Origin: an uncultured Actinomycetota bacterium
Lineage (GTDB): Bacteria; Actinomycetota; Geothermincolia; Geothermincolales; RBG-13-55-18
Length of the DNA: 64,000 nucleotides
Assembly: GCA_964510515.1 (NCBI GenBank)
Contig: CAZEAU010000010.1
Location: 9,586-73,585 of the forward strand
Reading direction: 5' to 3'
Below, one piece after another: positions 10,517 to 21,049 of this stretch. The notes below the pieces were generated by a model, which made no database searches, was not told the DNA's origin, and saw only the letters and a program-made list of their open reading frames with translations. How positions within the stretch are numbered: position 1 is the stretch's first letter; each line of letters starts with the position of its first letter. Both the position numbers and the translations under genes were made by a program.

Positions 10517-11554
10517 TCACGGAAATATCCCCGGGGCCCGCAGCCCCAGTTCCTCGTCCCATCCCCGCATGATGTTCATGCACTGCAGCGCCTGCCCCGA
10601 CGCTCCTTTGACCAGGTTATCTATGGCCGCGGCCACGCAGAGCATTCCCTTCTCCCGCTCCAGGTGCCTGCCCAGGTGGCAGTAGTTGCTCCCGCACACC
10701 GCTTTCGTCTCCGGGAAGACCCCGTCCTCAAGGATGACCACGAACGTGGAATCGGCGTAGAAACGGCGGTAGAGCGCATCCACCTCCTGCGCCGATGCAT
10801 CATCCCCGCAGCGCACGTAGCAGGTGGCCAGTATGCCGCGGCTCATGGGGGCAAGGTGGGGGACGAAGGTCAGCGCCACCCGCGCGCCCGCAAGAGCGGA
10901 GAGCGCCTCCTCCATCTCCGGGGTATGGCGGTGATTCCCCACGGCGTAGGGTTTCACGCTCCCCTCCGCCTGGGGAAAGTGAGCGGCCGGCGAGAGCGAG
11001 CGCCCCGCTCCGGACACCCCGGACTTGGCATCGATGACCGCGCCGTCCACTCCCGCCCACCCCGCGGCGGCAAGAGGCGCGAGAGCCAGGAGCGCCGCGG
11101 TGGGATAGCAGCCCGGCACGGCGATGAGCCTGGCCCCGGCTATCTCCCCGCGTTTTATCTCCGGCAGGCCGTAGACCGCCTCGGCCAGGAGGTGGGGCGA
11201 GGTGTGCTCCAAGCCGTAGCTGCGCGCGTATGCCCCGGCATCGTGCAGGCGGTAATCCGCCGAGAGGTCGATAACCTTCGCCCCCCCCTCCAGGAGCCGC
11301 GGCACCACGCGCATCGACTCGCCGTGCGGCAGGGCCACGAAGAAGAGGTCAGCCCGGGCCAGCGCCTCCCGCGCGTCGAAGGGCTGATAGCGCATCGTTC
11401 CATATCCATGCAGATTGGGGTAGAGCGCAGCCACCTTTTCTCCCGCATGGCTATGAGCGCTGACATAGACGGCCTCCGCCTCGGGGTGGCCACCCAACAG
11501 CCTCATCAACTCGGCGCCGGTATACCCCGACGCGCCCACTATCCCCACTTGCAT
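10517..11554 (-). CDS. argC: N-acetyl-gamma-glutamyl-phosphate reductase
   Basis: MQVGIVGASGYTGAEL... NAD-binding start, 345 aa, catalytic Cys region (VAVPGCYPTAALLALAPL). Confidence 0.9.
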   Translation of the reverse strand: MQVGIVGASGYTGAELMRLLGGHPEAEAVYVSAHSHAGEKVAALYPNLHGYGTMRYQPFDAREALARADLFFVALPHGESMRVVPRLLEGGAKVIDLSADYRLHDAGAYARSYGLEHTSPHLLAEAVYGLPEIKRGEIAGARLIAVPGCYPTAALLALAPLAAAGWAGVDGAVIDAKSGVSGAGRSLSPAAHFPQAEGSVKPYAVGNHRHTPEMEEALSALAGARVALTFVPHLAPMSRGILATCYVRCGDDASAQEVDALYRRFYADSTFVVILEDGVFPETKAVCGSNYCHLGRHLEREKGMLCVAAAIDNLVKGASGQALQCMNIMRGWDEELGLRAPGIFP

Positions 11555-11579
11555 GTCCTGTTCCTCACTTACTCAACAA

Positions 11580-11615
11580 CATAATATGCACATAATTGCA
11601 TATCTATGTAATGGA
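11580..11615 (-). promoter_or_regulatory. putative arg operon promoter with palindromic ARG-box-like operator (TATGCA-N6-TGCATA) upstream of argC
   Basis: AT-rich 87-nt gap between the holA stop and argC start. Perfect inverted repeat TATGCACATAATTGCATA at ~11585..11602, with TTGACT and -10-like hexamers on the minus strand and a GAGGAA RBS before ATG. Confidence 0.45.
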
Positions 11616-11641
11616 GTCAATGCCTTTCCAGCGCCTGCCGC

Positions 11642-12661
11642 TCAGTCGCCTCGCCACAGGGCGCGGGCCGCGAAATCCCTTCCCGCCGCCAGGGCCGACA
11701 GCCCCGATACCGCCGCCTCCGCGGCGAAGCCATCCTCCAGGGCGCCGGTCTTGACGCCTGCCTCCACCCCGACCAGCAGGGAGAGGGCCTCGCGCAGCGC
11801 CTCCTCGCTCAAGCGGGCCGACTGCGGCCTGAGCTTCTTGGCCACCATCCAGGCCTGGTTCTTCGCCAGCCCCAGGCGGTCGCTCATCTCCGCCTCGCGC
11901 AGGCCCTCCTCGCGCAGGGCGCGGTAGAGGAGCAGCAGGCGGAAGCGCCTGGCCAGGGCGCTGAGGACGAAGGTGGTCCTCTCTCCCTGCTGCAGCAGGC
12001 GCCGCAGCAGCTTCAGGGCCTGTTCGACATCGCCAAGGGCCACCCGGTCGACGAGCTCGAAGACCGACCTCTCGGCCGACGGCGTCACCAGCGGCACCAC
12101 ATCGCCCAGGTCCACCTCTTCTCCGCCCTCGTGATACAGGCTCACCTTCTCCACCGCGGCCTCGATGGCCAGGAGGTCGTCCCCCAGCGCTTCATGCATG
12201 TAGGCGATGGCCTTGCCCGAGACCTGCATCCCCCGCCGCTTGAAGCGTGTCCGTATCCACCCCGGTATCTGGCCCCTGCGCTTGCTCACCTCGCGCAATC
12301 CTCCCCTCTTCTCCACCGCCTTCACCAGCGGGGAGGCCGCCTTGAGGCCCACCGCAGCCAGGATGAGCGTGGAGGTCTCGGAGGGGTCCTCGAGGTAGCG
12401 CGCAAGCTTCTTAACCTCCGCGGCGCTGAGCTCCTGGGCCTCCTTGACGATCACCCACCTGCGCTCGGAGCCGAAGGGAAGCGTCTCCGCCGCCTGCAGG
12501 ATGTCGTCGATGGAGTCGCCGCCGGCCTCAAAGAGGTCCAGGTTGAACTCGGCCTCGCCGCTTTGAGCCACCCTGGCCCGCGCCTTCTTCAGCTCCTCCT
12601 CGACCAGGAAGCGGTGATTGCCGAAAATGAGATATACCACGCTTGCCGCGGGTTGATGCAT
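11642..12661 (-). CDS. holA: DNA polymerase III delta subunit
   Basis: 339 aa with the HolA family N-terminus (VYLIFGNHRFLVEEE...) and a conserved position downstream of comEC. Confidence 0.8.
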   Translation of the reverse strand: MHQPAASVVYLIFGNHRFLVEEELKKARARVAQSGEAEFNLDLFEAGGDSIDDILQAAETLPFGSERRWVIVKEAQELSAAEVKKLARYLEDPSETSTLILAAVGLKAASPLVKAVEKRGGLREVSKRRGQIPGWIRTRFKRRGMQVSGKAIAYMHEALGDDLLAIEAAVEKVSLYHEGGEEVDLGDVVPLVTPSAERSVFELVDRVALGDVEQALKLLRRLLQQGERTTFVLSALARRFRLLLLYRALREEGLREAEMSDRLGLAKNQAWMVAKKLRPQSARLSEEALREALSLLVGVEAGVKTGALEDGFAAEAAVSGLSALAAGRDFAARALWRGD

Positions 12662-12692
12662 AAGGATTCCTCCGCGAGACGGGGCGCGGCGC

Positions 12693-14960
12693 TCAGCGCC
12701 TATCGCACTCGACCCGGTAGCCGCCCTGCACTACACGGATTACTATATCACCGTGCATGTCGGTGCGGTAGACGGCGCAGCCCATGCGCTCGAGGAGGGC
12801 CAGCGTGTCGCGGGCGGGATGTCCGTAGGGGTTGTTCTCGCCCACGCTTATCACCGCGATGCCCGGGTCGGCCCGCAAAAAAAGCCTGCCGCTCTCCTCG
12901 CAGTACCCCCCGTGATGCGGCACCTTGAGTATGTCGCAGGCGATGTCCTCCTCTCCCTCCAGGAGCATCTCCTGGCCCAACTCGGCTATGTCACCGGTGA
13001 GGAGCATGCTGAACCCCGGCCCGGCGGCGCGCAGGACCAGGGAGTAATCGTTGACCGAGGCGTCCTCGGGCACCTCGCGCGGCGGCCCGTGGGCGACCAG
13101 GCTCAACTCCTCCAGCGCCAACACGTCTCCCACGCGCATGATCCTCACCTGCGCGCCCGTTTCCTCCGCCAGGGCTATCAGTTTTTCCGCCTGCACGCTG
13201 CTCCTGGTGCCTGGGTGGATAAGCATCCCCACCACGCAGTCCTCGAAGGCGCACTCCAGGCCCCCGATGTGGTCGGCGTCCGGGTGGCTCACGATCACGG
13301 CATCGATGCAGCGCACGCCGCGCGCGCGCAGGTCCTCCCGCAGCACCCTCACCTCCATCCCCCCGTCCACCAGCACCGTCGCTCCCGAGGACATCTGAAA
13401 GAGTATGGCGTCGCCCTGCCCGACGTCGATGACGGTGATGCGCGTCCCCCGCTCCGCCCCCCCTTTCAACAGCGACGCGGGCGTCCCCACCAACAGCGCG
13501 ATGGCGAGAAGGAGGGCCAGGGCGGCCCGCCCCCACCTGCGCGCCTTCCCCCGCGCCAGCAGCCCCGCGGCCAGGGCGGGGTAATAGGCGGCCATCCACA
13601 GGGGGGAGAGGGGATAGATGCGCAGCGCCGCCCAATGAGGCGAGGACAGCGCGCGCGCCACGGCGAGGACGCCGCGGGCGAGAAAACCCGCCGCGCTCAT
13701 CAGGGCCCCGGCGAGCGGCAGCCCCGCCGCGCCGAGCAGGCTGGAGAGCATGGAGAGGGCCATCACCGCCGGGACCAGCGGCAGCACCAGGAGATTGCTG
13801 AGCGGCGCGAGCAGCGATACCTCGCCGAAATGGTAGAGCAGGACAGGCGCCACCGCCATCTGCGCGGCCAGGGTGGCCGCCAGCAACTCCCTCAACCTCG
13901 AGGCGCGCGGCCCCCCCTTCCCGCCCAGGGGGCGGTAGAGCAGCGCCATGCCCAGGGCGGCGAGGAAGCAGAGCTGGAAGCTCACTCCCGAGGCCGCGGC
14001 CGCATCCTCCCACACCAGCAAGAACATCGCCAGTCCCATGGCGGGAAGGAGGTCGAAGTCCCGGCCCAGGAGATAGGCGGCCGCCGCCGCGAAGGCCACC
14101 ACGGCCGCCCTGATGATGGGCACGGAAAGACCTACGGCGAGCGCGTAGACGGCGATGACGGGCACCTGCAGGAGCATGACCCAGCGCGGCGGCAGGCGCG
14201 CCCTGCGCCCCAGCCAGACCAGGAAGGCGGCCAGGAAAGCCAGGTGCAGACCCGAGGCCGCGCAGAGATGGATGAGCCCGGTCATCCTGAAGGCCCTGAG
14301 GTCGCGCGCCTCCAGCAGGCGGTAATCCCCGAGGACCATGCCCTGGATGAGCCCCGCCGCCGCGGGATCACCCATGTTCTCCGCGCCGGCACGGAAGCTG
14401 GCGCGATAGGCCAGCGCCGCGCGCAGCAGCGGGTTGCGGGCATGGGAGATGACCTCCACCTCCTCGGCCAGCAGCGTCCCCCCCACCCCCCCTCTCTCCT
14501 GCGTGAAGACGAAGAGGCGCCCCCTGACCCGCAGCCGGTCGCCCCACCTCGGCGCCTCCGCGCCCTCCTTGCGCCGCATGAGGTAGCCGTCCCCGGCCCT
14601 GGCTCCCTCCCCACCCAGAACCTCCACTACCCGCAAAAGATCGACCGCGTCGTCGCGCCCGCCGCGGGAGCCGATGCCCACCTCCCCCAGCACCACCACC
14701 TCGCCCGCCGCTCCACCCCGGCCGCGCCAGGCCTCCGCCCGCGCGTGGCCGAGACACATGCCCGCGCAGAGAAAGGCCGTGCAGAGCAGCGCCCAGCGCG
14801 CCCCCCAGCCGCGGCGCCGCCATAAAGGCAGCAGGGCGAGCAGGGCGGCTGCGGCCAGGAGCGCCCACAGCGGGTGCGCCCCCGCTTTCCCCGCCACTCC
14901 TCCCACCGCCGCCGCGCAGGCTGGCACCAGCAGCCTGCCGCGGGCCGGAAAGGCGCTCAA
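12693..14960 (-). CDS. comEC: DNA internalisation competence protein ComEC/Rec2
   Basis: 755 aa polytopic membrane protein with a C-terminal metallo-beta-lactamase domain (VIVSHPDADHIGGL, HHG). Confidence 0.85.
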   Translation of the reverse strand: MSAFPARGRLLVPACAAAVGGVAGKAGAHPLWALLAAAALLALLPLWRRRGWGARWALLCTAFLCAGMCLGHARAEAWRGRGGAAGEVVVLGEVGIGSRGGRDDAVDLLRVVEVLGGEGARAGDGYLMRRKEGAEAPRWGDRLRVRGRLFVFTQERGGVGGTLLAEEVEVISHARNPLLRAALAYRASFRAGAENMGDPAAAGLIQGMVLGDYRLLEARDLRAFRMTGLIHLCAASGLHLAFLAAFLVWLGRRARLPPRWVMLLQVPVIAVYALAVGLSVPIIRAAVVAFAAAAAYLLGRDFDLLPAMGLAMFLLVWEDAAAASGVSFQLCFLAALGMALLYRPLGGKGGPRASRLRELLAATLAAQMAVAPVLLYHFGEVSLLAPLSNLLVLPLVPAVMALSMLSSLLGAAGLPLAGALMSAAGFLARGVLAVARALSSPHWAALRIYPLSPLWMAAYYPALAAGLLARGKARRWGRAALALLLAIALLVGTPASLLKGGAERGTRITVIDVGQGDAILFQMSSGATVLVDGGMEVRVLREDLRARGVRCIDAVIVSHPDADHIGGLECAFEDCVVGMLIHPGTRSSVQAEKLIALAEETGAQVRIMRVGDVLALEELSLVAHGPPREVPEDASVNDYSLVLRAAGPGFSMLLTGDIAELGQEMLLEGEEDIACDILKVPHHGGYCEESGRLFLRADPGIAVISVGENNPYGHPARDTLALLERMGCAVYRTDMHGDIVIRVVQGGYRVECDRR

Positions 14961-15052
14961 GTCCTCCCGGCGCCCCGCGCGGGCGCCGCAGCCGACCGCT
15001 CATCTGCCATGCGCGCCAAACCCCCCCCGGCCAGCCGCCCGAGCGGCCTCCT

Positions 15053-15664
15053 TCATATCTCCACCAGCTCGCGCAGCTCCTCGAACTTCTTGTTCCCTAT
15101 GCCCGACACCTTTTTCAGCTCGTCCACGCTGCGAAAACCGCCGTGCTTATCCCGGTAGGCCACTATGCGCCCCGCCAGCGTGGGCCCGATGCCGGGCAGT
15201 TCCTCCAGGCGCCTGGCATCGGCGGTGTTCAGGTTGACCCTCTTCTCCCCCGCGCCGCCGCCCGCGGGCGCCCCTCCCGCCTGCTCGCCCTCTCCCCGCC
15301 GCGCCACCGCTATCTTCTGCCCGTCCTGCACCGGCTGCGCGAGGTTGAGACCCTCCAGGTCCGCCTCGGGCAAGGGTCCACCCGCCGCCTCGATGGCGTC
15401 GATGACCCGGTCCCCGCGGGCGAGCAGGACGACGCCGGGATGGGCGACCGCCCCCGCCACGTGCACGGCCAGCTCCTGCGCCTCCTCCTCCCGCGCGCCC
15501 TCCCCTCCCTCCGCCGGCTGGAACTCCCCCGCCGGCCGGGAGGGCGGCCTGAGCAGCGCATAGGCCGCGACCAGGCCCAGCGCCGCCAGCAGCGCTATCA
15601 CGCCCAGCTGCCAGCGCGGCAGGCCGAAGAGCCTGTCCAGGAAATCGGATATCTTGTCCAGCAT
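15053..15664 (-). CDS. comEA: competence protein ComEA (membrane-anchored, tandem HhH DNA-binding)
   Basis: N-terminal TM segment, then C-terminal VNLNTADARRLEELPGIGPTLAGRIVAYRDKHGGFRSVDEL HhH motifs. Start taken at MLDKISDF; the upstream part of track ORF 15053..16009 overlaps leuS. Confidence 0.8.
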   Translation of the reverse strand: MLDKISDFLDRLFGLPRWQLGVIALLAALGLVAAYALLRPPSRPAGEFQPAEGGEGAREEEAQELAVHVAGAVAHPGVVLLARGDRVIDAIEAAGGPLPEADLEGLNLAQPVQDGQKIAVARRGEGEQAGGAPAGGGAGEKRVNLNTADARRLEELPGIGPTLAGRIVAYRDKHGGFRSVDELKKVSGIGNKKFEELRELVEI

Positions 15665-15741
15665 CTGCCCTTGTCCGGGTCCGTGGCGGCTTATGCCGCC
15701 TGCCGGTGCGTGGTTGGAGGCCTCCCGCCGCGCGGGGGGCT

Positions 15742-18219
15742 TCAGCGGATGACGATGTTGACCAGTTTGCCGGGTACGGTGATCACCCTGGCGACCTCCC
15801 GGCCCTCGATGAGGCCGCGGATGCGCGCGGAAGCCATGGCCAAATCCTCCATCTCCTCGCCGGAGATGCCGGCATCGGCCTCTATGCGCTCCCGCACCTT
15901 TCCGTTCACCTGCACCACCAGGGTGATGCGCTCGGCGCGGGCCAGTTCCTGGTCGAATTCCGGCCAGGGGCGCTCGTGCACGCTGTACTCCCCGCCCAGC
16001 TCCTCCCACAGCTCCTCGGCGATGAAGGGAGCGAAGGGGGCCAGGAGCAGCACCAGGACGCGTATGGCCTCGTGCCCCTCGAAGGTGTTGAAGGCATCGG
16101 GCGACTCCTCGATGACCTTATAGAGGGCGTTGGTGAACTCCATGATGGCCGCGATGGCGGTGTTAAAAGCGAAGCGGTCGATATCCTCCGTCACCTTCCT
16201 GATGGTGAAGTGGGTGAGAAAGGAGAGGCGCCGCAGCGCCCCGGAGTCCCCCGGCACGGGCTGGGTCTTGAAGGTCAGGATGCCCAGGTACCTGTCCACC
16301 AGGCGCCATACGCGGTGGAGGAAGCGGTGCGCGCCGTCTATCCCCGACTCGTTCCATTCCTTATCCGCCTCGGGGGGCCCGAGAAAGAGGATGAAGAGGC
16401 GCAGGGTGTCCGCCCCGTAGAGCTCGAAGAACTGCTCCGGGGTGATGACGTTGCCCTTGGACTTGCTCATCTTAGCCCCGCCCATGACCACCATGCCCTG
16501 GCAGAGCAGGTTGGTGAAGGGCTCGTCGAAATGCAGCAGCCCCAGATCCTTGAGTACCTTGGTGAAAAAGCGGGAGTAGAGCAGGTGCATGATGGCGTGC
16601 TCTATGCCTCCGATATACTGATCCACCGGGAGCCAGTAACGCACCGCGTCGGGGTCGAAAGGCCGCGTGTCCTCCCGCGGGCTGGCGTAACGGATATAGT
16701 ACCAGGAGGAATCGACGAAGGTGTCCATGGTGTCCGTCTCCCGCACCGCCGGGCCTGCACACGACGGGCAGGTGGTGTTGCGGAACTCCTGCGAGCGCTC
16801 GAGCGGCGAGGGGCCCTGGAAGATGAACTGCACGTCCTCGGGAAGGAGCACCGGCAGGTCGGCGTCGGGGACCGGCACCGTGCCGCATTCCTCGCAGTAA
16901 ACGACGGGGATGGGCACCCCCCAGTAACGCTGACGGGAGATGAGCCAATCGCGCAGGCGATAGTTTACCGTCTTCTTTCCCCAGCCCTTCTCCTCCAGGT
17001 AATCGGGAACCAGCTCCAGCCTGCCCCTCTCGCTGTCGCTGCCGTCGAAATGGGCGGAGTTCACCATGATGCCGGGGTCCGTGCGGGCCTCGCTCATGGC
17101 GTCTGCCCTCAGGTCCTCTCCCGGCGGCTGCACGACCACCCGTATGGGCAGGCCGTATTTGCGCGCGAACTCGAAGTCGCGCTGGTCGTGGGCGGGCACG
17201 GCCATGACCGCCCCGGTGCCGTACTCCATGAGCACGAAGTTGGCGACCCAGATGGGCACCTCCTCGCCGCTCACGGGGTTCACGGCGTAAGCCCCGGTGA
17301 AGACGCCTTCCTTCTCCGCCTCCATGGCCGTGCGCTCGATGTCGGAGACGCCGCGCAGCCGCTCGCGGAAGGCGGCAAGGTCCTTTTCATGCGGCGTGTC
17401 GCGGGTGAGCTCGTCGGCCAGGGGATGTTCCGGGGCGAGCAGGAAGAAGGTCACCCCCCACAGGGTGTCGGGCCGGGTGGTGAAGATGGGCATCTCCCTG
17501 CCCTCCCCGCCCAGGCGGAAGAGCACTTCGCATCCCTCGGAGCGCCCTATCCAGTTGCGCTGCATGGTGAGCACGCCTTCCGGCCACCCGGCGAGCTGCT
17601 CCATGTCCGTCAGCAGCCTCTCGGCATAAGCGGTGATGCGCAGGAACCACTGGCTCAACATCTTCTGCTTGACCGCGGTATCGCAGCGCTCGCAGCGGCC
17701 GTTCACGACCTGTTCGTTGGCGAGGACGGTGCGGCAGGAGGGGCACCAGTTGGCCCTGGCCTCGGCCTTGTAGGCCAGCCCTTTTTCGTAGAAGCGGAGG
17801 AAGAGCCATTGCGTCCAGCGGTAGTACTCGGGGGAGTTGGTGGCCAGCTCGCGCTCCCAGTCGTAGGAATAGCCCAGTCGCTGCAGGCCCTCCTTGAGCA
17901 GGGCGATGTTCTCGTGAGTGTGCCGGGCGGGATGCACCCCCGAGCGGATGGCGGCGTTTTCCGCCGGCAGCCCGAAGCCGTCCCAGCCCATGGGGTGAAG
18001 CACGTTCACCCCCCGGCGGCGCAGATAGCGCGCGAGCACGTCGCCGAGGTTATAGTTGGCCACGTGGCCGATATGGGCCGGGCCGGAGGGGTAGGGGAAC
18101 ATCACCAGCACGTACTTCTTCTCGCGTCCCGGCTCCTCCCGCACGGCGTAGAGGTCGTCCTCCTGCCAGCGGCGCCTCCATTTCCGCTCTATGGCGGTGA
18201 AATCGTACTTGCCTTCCAT
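15742..18219 (-). CDS. leuS: leucyl-tRNA synthetase
   Basis: 825 aa class I aaRS with HIGH (PSGPAHIGH) and KMSKS motifs. Confidence 0.95.
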   Translation of the reverse strand: MEGKYDFTAIERKWRRRWQEDDLYAVREEPGREKKYVLVMFPYPSGPAHIGHVANYNLGDVLARYLRRRGVNVLHPMGWDGFGLPAENAAIRSGVHPARHTHENIALLKEGLQRLGYSYDWERELATNSPEYYRWTQWLFLRFYEKGLAYKAEARANWCPSCRTVLANEQVVNGRCERCDTAVKQKMLSQWFLRITAYAERLLTDMEQLAGWPEGVLTMQRNWIGRSEGCEVLFRLGGEGREMPIFTTRPDTLWGVTFFLLAPEHPLADELTRDTPHEKDLAAFRERLRGVSDIERTAMEAEKEGVFTGAYAVNPVSGEEVPIWVANFVLMEYGTGAVMAVPAHDQRDFEFARKYGLPIRVVVQPPGEDLRADAMSEARTDPGIMVNSAHFDGSDSERGRLELVPDYLEEKGWGKKTVNYRLRDWLISRQRYWGVPIPVVYCEECGTVPVPDADLPVLLPEDVQFIFQGPSPLERSQEFRNTTCPSCAGPAVRETDTMDTFVDSSWYYIRYASPREDTRPFDPDAVRYWLPVDQYIGGIEHAIMHLLYSRFFTKVLKDLGLLHFDEPFTNLLCQGMVVMGGAKMSKSKGNVITPEQFFELYGADTLRLFILFLGPPEADKEWNESGIDGAHRFLHRVWRLVDRYLGILTFKTQPVPGDSGALRRLSFLTHFTIRKVTEDIDRFAFNTAIAAIMEFTNALYKVIEESPDAFNTFEGHEAIRVLVLLLAPFAPFIAEELWEELGGEYSVHERPWPEFDQELARAERITLVVQVNGKVRERIEADAGISGEEMEDLAMASARIRGLIEGREVARVITVPGKLVNIVIR

Positions 18220-18361
18220 GTTTTTCCCGTTCGCCGGGGAGCGCGCGCCCGCGGCGCCTTCCCGCTCCCGTTCATGCCTTCGACACGTATAAGTAACTTA
18301 ATTTATGCCCGCTCGCGGCGCAAGTCGGGCGCCGGTGCGCGCCGCGGCGCCGACGGCCGTG

Positions 18362-18390
18362 ATTATAATATAGTTATATAACATTGGCAA
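18362..18390 (-). promoter_or_regulatory. near-consensus sigma70-type promoter for leuS (TTGCCA-17-TATAAT on the minus strand)
   Basis: The reverse complement of 18362..18390 reads TTGCCA, a 17-nt spacer, then TATAAT. It sits in an AT-rich island ~140 nt upstream of the leuS ATG. Confidence 0.5.
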
Positions 18391-18458
18391 GTTGAAGGAC
18401 TGGCCTCTCCGCCCACGCTGGCATGCGGCCCCCCGCGGCTGCCCTGGAGAGCGCCCGC

Positions 18459-19436
18459 TCAGGGGGCAATCTCCCCCTCCCCGGCCCGCACCTCCACCAC
18501 CTCCCGCGGCGACAAGGGCTTTTTGCCCTTGCCGAAGACGCCGAGCAGGCGGGCCGCCTCCTTGAGATCCTTGCGGTTGGGCGAGGCGCCGCGCGGATAT
18601 GCGCGCAGGAGGGCCGTGGGGCCCGGCCGGTCCCTTTCCCTCAAAAGCATGTCGGTGGGAAGGGCGACCTCCTGCAAGCGGAGATTCTCCTCGTGGTTGC
18701 GCCCCAGCACGATGAGGGTGCTCGCGGCCCAGAAGACGCGTCCCCTCCTGATGGCCTGCGCATCCTCGCCGTCGAAGGACGGAACCCTGCGCATCAGCCC
18801 CCTCAGGCGTTCGCTGTAGGCGGCGTCGGTGAGCAGGCAGCCCCCCGCGGGGCTCTCGTACTCGCCGATTCCCCACTCCGCCGCCAGGTCCATCTGGCGG
18901 CGGCGCGAGCGCCCGGAGATGTCGAGCAGGCAGGAGCGCTCGACCCAGCCTTCGCGCTCGGGCACGGTTTCGGGGAGCAGGCGTGCGGAGAGCGGACGCA
19001 GCAGCAGGCCGCCCGCCCCCGAGGCCTTGGCCACCAGCTCCAGCGCCTGGCGGTTCTGGCTCTTGGGGCGCTCACCCAACACCTCTCCCGTGGCGATGAA
19101 ATCACAGCCCCGCTCCTCCAGCCTGTCCAGGGCCTCGCGCACCATGAGGGCATGGCAGTCTATGCACGGGTTGAGGTTCTTGCCGTAGCCGTAGCGCGGG
19201 CTCCTGAGCGTCTCCAGAAAGGGCGCGGTGATATCCACTACCTCCAGGTCCAGCCCCAGCGCCGCCGCGGCCTCGCGCGCCCTCGCGCTCGCGAAGAACG
19301 GCGAGGTGAAGGTGAGAGCGGACACCTGCAGGCCGCAGCGCCGCAGCAGCTCCGCCGCCAGCGCCGAATCGAGCCCGCCGGAGAACAGCAGCAGCGCTTT
19401 GCGCCTCTCGCCCGCTCCTCGCCTCGCCTCTCCCAT
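18459..19436 (-). CDS. ThiI-like PP-loop ATPase (tRNA/thiamine sulfurtransferase family), no obvious THUMP domain
   Basis: ALLLFSGGLDSALAA PP-loop followed by NPCIDCHALMVREALDRLEERGCDFIATGEVLGERPKSQ, which matches the ThiI adenylation-domain pattern. The track ORF extends to 19523 with an R/G-rich N-terminus, so the start is uncertain. Confidence 0.55.
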   Translation of the reverse strand: MGEARRGAGERRKALLLFSGGLDSALAAELLRRCGLQVSALTFTSPFFASARAREAAAALGLDLEVVDITAPFLETLRSPRYGYGKNLNPCIDCHALMVREALDRLEERGCDFIATGEVLGERPKSQNRQALELVAKASGAGGLLLRPLSARLLPETVPEREGWVERSCLLDISGRSRRRQMDLAAEWGIGEYESPAGGCLLTDAAYSERLRGLMRRVPSFDGEDAQAIRRGRVFWAASTLIVLGRNHEENLRLQEVALPTDMLLRERDRPGPTALLRAYPRGASPNRKDLKEAARLLGVFGKGKKPLSPREVVEVRAGEGEIAP

Positions 19437-19590
19437 GCCGCCCTCCCGGCCATCGCTTCCCGCTGCCGCCCGCAGGCGGCAGGCGCCGCGCGCATTCCAG
19501 CCGCTCCCCGCCTTTCGTGCCATCCCCGCCGCCCCCGCTGCCGCTTAAGTATACCCCGCCGCAAGACCGCCCCGCGCGCATGGAGGCCCG

Positions 19591-20739
19591 CTAAAGGGTG
19601 TCGTGAACCCTCCAGGCGATGAGCAGCAGGGGCACGGAGAGGAGGATCATGGCCACGGGGAGCCCATGTTTCTGGGCCAGGAAGCCGCCGGCGGCCGGGC
19701 CCAGCAGGTAGCCCATGGACCAGGCCATGTTGAAGAGGCCGAAGGCGGCACCGTACGCCTCCCCCCCCTCCTCCTCCCCGATGATATCCGCGATGAGGGG
19801 CAGGGTGGGGGTCTCGAAGACGGCTATGGTGACGCCGCAGACGGCAAACAGCGCCGCGACCAGGACCAGGTTGGGGGCGAGCACCAGGGAGGGGGCGGCC
19901 AGCGCGGTGGCGAACAGCCCCCAGGTCATCAGCCCTTTCTTGCCCACGCGGTCGGAGAGCCCTCCCACCACAGGGCTGGATACGGTGTAGGTGAAAACGG
20001 TGAGGGCGAAGAGCAGGCCGATGGCGCTGCTCCCCAGGCCCAGGTTCTTCTCCAGGTACACAGGGAAGAGCGGCTCCAGCACGCCCAGGCTCACCGTTCC
20101 CATCATCACCACGGCCAGGGCGAGCGCGACCCCGGGGTATGAGAGCACCTTTTTCGCCGTCCCGCCGTAGGCCGCGCCGGCCCGCCTTTCCGCCCGGGGC
20201 TCGCGGCCGCCGGCCAGGGCGAGCAGGGCCGTCGCCGCGCAAAAGGCCGCCACGCTGAGGAAGAGAGCGCGGTACCCGACCCAGTCGTAGAGGAGGCCCC
20301 CCAGCGCGGGACCGGCGACGGCCCCCGCCCCCATGGAGCCCATGACCAGCCCCATGCCCCTCCCCCTCTCCCCCGCGGGATAGGCCTCCGCGACCATGGC
20401 CAGCCCCACCGACCAGCCGGCCGCCGCCGTGACCCCGTCCAGAAAACGGGAGAGGAAGAGCGAAACATAGGAGGTCGAATAGGCGTAGAGGACGAAGGCA
20501 AGTGACATGGCCAGCATGCCGAAGACGAGGAAAGGGCGCCGCCCGAAGCGGTCCGAGACCATCCCGAAGGGCAGCGCAGCCACGATGTTCCCCAGGGCGT
20601 AGGAGGCGAAGAGCATGCCCAGGGCGAACTCCCCCGCGCCCAGCTCCCGCGCGTAAAGCGGCATCACCGGGACCACCACCCCGTAGCCCAGGCTGGCCAC
20701 GAAGATCACCATGCAGACCAGCGTCAGCGTTCTCTTCAC
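19591..20739 (-). CDS. MFS transporter
   Basis: 12-TM major facilitator pattern (LGYGVVVPVMPLYARELG...GMVSDRFGRRPF). GTG start with GGAGGAG RBS; the upstream 110 codons of the track ORF look spurious. Confidence 0.8.
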   Translation of the reverse strand: MKRTLTLVCMVIFVASLGYGVVVPVMPLYARELGAGEFALGMLFASYALGNIVAALPFGMVSDRFGRRPFLVFGMLAMSLAFVLYAYSTSYVSLFLSRFLDGVTAAAGWSVGLAMVAEAYPAGERGRGMGLVMGSMGAGAVAGPALGGLLYDWVGYRALFLSVAAFCAATALLALAGGREPRAERRAGAAYGGTAKKVLSYPGVALALAVVMMGTVSLGVLEPLFPVYLEKNLGLGSSAIGLLFALTVFTYTVSSPVVGGLSDRVGKKGLMTWGLFATALAAPSLVLAPNLVLVAALFAVCGVTIAVFETPTLPLIADIIGEEEGGEAYGAAFGLFNMAWSMGYLLGPAAGGFLAQKHGLPVAMILLSVPLLLIAWRVHDTL

Positions 20740-21049
20740 GCCCACTCCTCCCCGTGACTCCGGCCGCCCCGCCGCGTGCGCTGCGGCTATTCTATAACGC
20801 CGGCCCGGACAAAAATATAAGGATGGGGGGGCCGATCCGGATGCGCAACCACGCCGCGGGCCCGCACATCCGCCACGCCGCGGGTATGGGCGCGGGCGCG
20901 GGAGCAGGACATTTGCATCTCGACCGCTGCGACCTCCGGCCGCCCCCTCATCCGCGAGCGTCCCACGTGCTCCCTGTGCTCGGGCCATCATGCCCGCAAG
21001 CGGCCGGGCGGGCGCACCTCGCGGGCTTTCGCGCCTAAGGGTGTAAGAT

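Noticed and set aside
20823-20855. Possible att-type direct repeat of the tRNA-Ala 3' end (TGGGGGGGCCGATCCGGATGCGCAACCACGCC versus TGGTGGAGCCGATGGGACTCGAACCCACGACC), which would delimit a ~14-kb island from 20.8 to 35.1 kb
   Set aside because: The match is only ~22/32 identical. No integrase, excisionase or transposase is present in the block, and GC content looks uniform by eye. Kept only as a weak possibility.
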